Part shown: positions 61,319-64,000 of the stretch, piece after piece
Layout of the letters: the number at the start of each line of letters is the position of its first letter
Position numbering within the stretch: the stretch's first letter is position 1
NCBI GenBank assembly: GCA_965112155.1
Contig: OZ218098.1
Length of the DNA: 64,000 bases
Direction: 5' to 3' (one strand)
From: Podarcis liolepis
Lineage: Eukaryota
Translations under genes and position numbers: made by a program
The notes under the pieces: model-generated
What the model was told of the DNA's origin: nothing
What the model saw: only the letters and a program-made list of their open reading frames with translations
Databases searched by the model: none

Positions 61319-62033
61319 TGGCGATGTCATCTACAGGCCTCCTTACCCCAGCCCTTCCCCGGACACTGTCAGAGCAGATGCATTTTAATTTCCTTTTATT
61401 GTCGGTGACCCAAATGGCTATGGTGCAGCGTGGACCCCTGCCTCTGCCTCCCCAAGGAACAGAACGTTTATCAGCCAGAGTCAATGTTAGCGGTGACCAT
61501 TTATCACTCCTTCTCAGTGTGGGATAATGGAGCTGCATGCTTCCCTTGAAGGGTCTTTGGTCTGCAAAAAAACCATGACACTGTTGCATTCATAGGGAAC
61601 TTTAAGTACTTTCCCCTGCTTTGGTCTCCTCCCCCTTTCACTTTCGCACCCCTTTGTTCCATTGGTTGTGGCTTTGTTGGTGGTGATGGTGCCTGTGCCC
61701 TATTCATTGTTGGATTCAATTTCAGCCTTCTTTTCACGCCTCACATTTAGAAAGTTTATCTCTTTAGCACTGGAGGAAAAGAACAATATGCAGCCTTTGG
61801 GCCTAGAGAAGTCTTCTAAGGACCTAATTTTAAATGTGTACAACATTGCAGAAACACAAAGGCCAACAGAAAGAGATGTGGGGTGGGGGTGGGGGTGGGG
61901 AGGGGTGTTTGTGAACTTTTTGATTTTCACCATCTTTATTTTATTTTTCAGTCTGCAGCTGCTTAAATCAGTAGAAACATGCAATATGATCCTAAGCAAA
62001 CATACACACAAATAAATACCACTAATTTCCAAG

Positions 62034-62330
62034 GCTGCAAGAAGATCAAAGGAAATCAGCCCTGAGTGCTCACCGGAAGGACAAATCCTGAAGCTGCGGC
62101 TCCAATATTTTGGCCACCTCATGAGAAGAGAAGACTCCCTGGAAAAGACCCTGATGTTGGGAAAGATGGAGGGCACAAGGAGAAGGGGACGACAGAGGAC
62201 GAGATGGTTGGACAGTGTTTTCGAAGCTACCAGCATGAGTTTGACCAAGCTGCGGGAGGCAGTGGAAGAGAGGAGTGCCTGGCGTGCTCTGGTCCTTGGG
62301 GTCACGACTAAACGACTAAACAACAACAAC
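62034..62330 (+). mobile_element. BovB/RTE LINE 3' fragment
   Basis: Peptide MRREDSLEKTLMLGKMEGTRRRGRQRTRWLDSV..AWRALV.GVT, (CAA)n tail, 10-bp TSD AATTTCCAAG at 62024-62033 and 62331-62340. Confidence 0.95.
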
Positions 62331-62838
62331 AATTTCCAAGAGGCTAAAAAAAGTGTATTTAGGATTCCAACCTTTGACTTCATTTAAAAACATAATGTTT
62401 CCAGTTCTCATGACTTTGATTCGGATGCCCTGGTGCATCTGCACAACCAGATGCCTTCATTTGCTCCAGCTGCAACAAAACATGTCTTTCCTTTTATCGG
62501 TCTCTACAGCCACAGCAGGCACTGTAACTCTCCAATGGTTTGACTTCACCCCAAAGGCACATTCCTCCATTGTCTCCCGAGAGATGTTTTGAATTTCCAC
62601 ATGTTTTGAGTTTAGTGCCTATGAGCCCTAACCAGCAAGGCCAATGGTCACAGGTGTTGGGAAGGCAACAAACTGAGGAAGGCTTCCTTAGAGAAAAGTT
62701 TGAAATGGCTATTGGCCATGCTGTCTGGAGCTGATAGGAGTTGTTTTATGCATAGAACGGTTTTTATACTTTTATTGTTTTATGTTTGTACTTGTTGCAC
62801 TTGTTTGAGAATTGTATTGTTGTAACGCATCCTGTTAC

Positions 62839-62868
62839 GTTGTTGTTGTTGTTGTTGTTGTTGTTGTT
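62839..62868. repeat. (GTT)n microsatellite
   Basis: Perfect trinucleotide run. Confidence 0.95.
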
Positions 62869-63174
62869 AATTACCCACCCTTCAGCCTAAGGTTCCAGGG
62901 TGGATCCTGAAAATGTACATCTCAATATCATTCTCATCATCACCACAATCTACACAATGTAAATTGGCAAGTAAGTAGTCAAATAAATAAAGTCCAACAA
63001 TATATGGGGAGCTAGGGGTTTTCCTGATCTGAAGAATCAGAAAGCAGAATTTATGCTTGCTATTTGCTTGCCCCAGATTTCATTGCTGTAGAAAATTATC
63101 TTACAATATCATATGATCAAACTCAAGTATTTTGTTGTTTTGTTTTTAATATCTTTGATCACAGCTCATTTTGA

Positions 63175-63546
63175 TTAAAATAACTTGTAAAGCATAGCTG
63201 AAATCTTAAATACTTCTTGGTTACTCTTGAAATGAGCATTGAGATATATGTATTGCAGCCACACCCAAGGCCACCCCAACCTCTCCCACCACCAAGGAAA
63301 CATAACAAGCGAATAGAAAGAGAATCTACCCAAGTAACGCTGACACAAAACCCCCCACATGCACTTAGTAAAAGAACATAAGCTTTACCACCCCACCCAC
63401 TGTCTCCCCCCCTCTTTCCTTCCCAACCCCATACGGCCTATAATGCCAATCTCTCACAACAAATGTAAGTGATCTGTAGAAAACACAATCTGAAGAAAGA
63501 GACAATACATGTGTTTTTGTATACGTGGAAAATCTTTAATAAAAAT

Positions 63547-63549
<3 letters not shown>
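63175..63549 (+). mobile_element. Possible L1-type LINE 3' UTR
   Basis: A/C-rich segment with C tracts, ending in AATAAA (63538-63543) directly before an A-rich tail; no coding motif to confirm. Confidence 0.35.

Positions 63550-63593
<44 letters not shown>
63550..63593. repeat. (TAA)n microsatellite
   Basis: Perfect trinucleotide run. Confidence 0.96.
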
Positions 63594-64000
63594 TAGTACA
63601 CTAAAGTACAAGAATTTAATTTCATTTTTACCAGGAGTTGCAAAATAATTAAATAAAATTAAATTTGTATACCGCCGGACATCCATAGATCTCAAGGTGG
63701 CTCACTACATAAAATTACAATACAAATACACTATCGTGAAATGTTGAAGATCCTTGGATGCAGATGTGTTGAAGGATTGGCATGAAGAAGCAGGGCAGCT
63801 TGCTGTCATGGAAAAATTGACATGGCAGTTAAGAGACAGGAGGACTCGACACACACCTGTAAACTTTTTACGAAACTCTGATTATTTTCATACAACATGC
63901 AGCTTGCATATACTCCTAAACAAAGGTTTTGCCTTCCTTTGACTCACAATCACCTGTTAATGGTATATATTGTTGTCTGCAAAATGAAAATACATTAAAA

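Noticed and set aside
61273-61527. Poly-Glu ORF
   Set aside because: The acidic run comes from the (GGA)n microsatellite and the rest is unrecognisable
61700-62383. 227-aa minus-strand ORF
   Set aside because: It is antisense to the BovB fragment plus flanking DNA, with no recognisable domain
1-64000. Remaining short ORFs in the track as host genes
   Set aside because: Most use alternative starts, overlap repeats or microsatellites, and show no recognisable protein family; small host exons could still be missed without alignment

Overview
Vertebrate non-coding DNA, almost certainly from a squamate and probably a lacertid lizard. That call is inferred from Sauria SINEs, BovB/RTE 3' ends, and a tRNA-Lys-headed SINE with a CR1 tail. 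I could not identify any host protein-coding exon, functional RNA gene or CRISPR array, so the window reads as intergenic or large-intron sequence. The only real long ORF (28417-30276) is the RT-containing part of a young, 5'-truncated CR1 LINE. The rest is a dense mobile-element landscape: seven Sauria SINEs, two BovB-type 3' ends, older CR1 and L2 relics, tRNA- and MIR-like SINEs, and many non-autonomous DNA transposons. The latter include hAT types with 8-bp target-site duplications (TSDs), Tigger-like types with TA TSDs, a family with 6-bp TSDs and Harbinger-like palindromes, and several are nested in each other. Between the repeats lie microsatellites and several motif-dense stretches that look like enhancers or promoters. 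The most unusual items are: (1) a composite 6-bp-TSD transposon with three termini that has captured an L2 LINE 3' end; (2) a hAT MITE carrying CCCTAA telomere-motif repeats; (3) MITEs carrying ZNF143/THAP11-type, GABPA/CRE and POU motifs; (4) an endonuclease-less CR1 RT ORF that gained in-frame ATGs from flanking DNA; and (5) a compact RUNX/GATA/CEBP/MYB/ETS motif cluster. Family names come from recognition only and have not been checked against a database. I see no evidence for a new multi-gene system.
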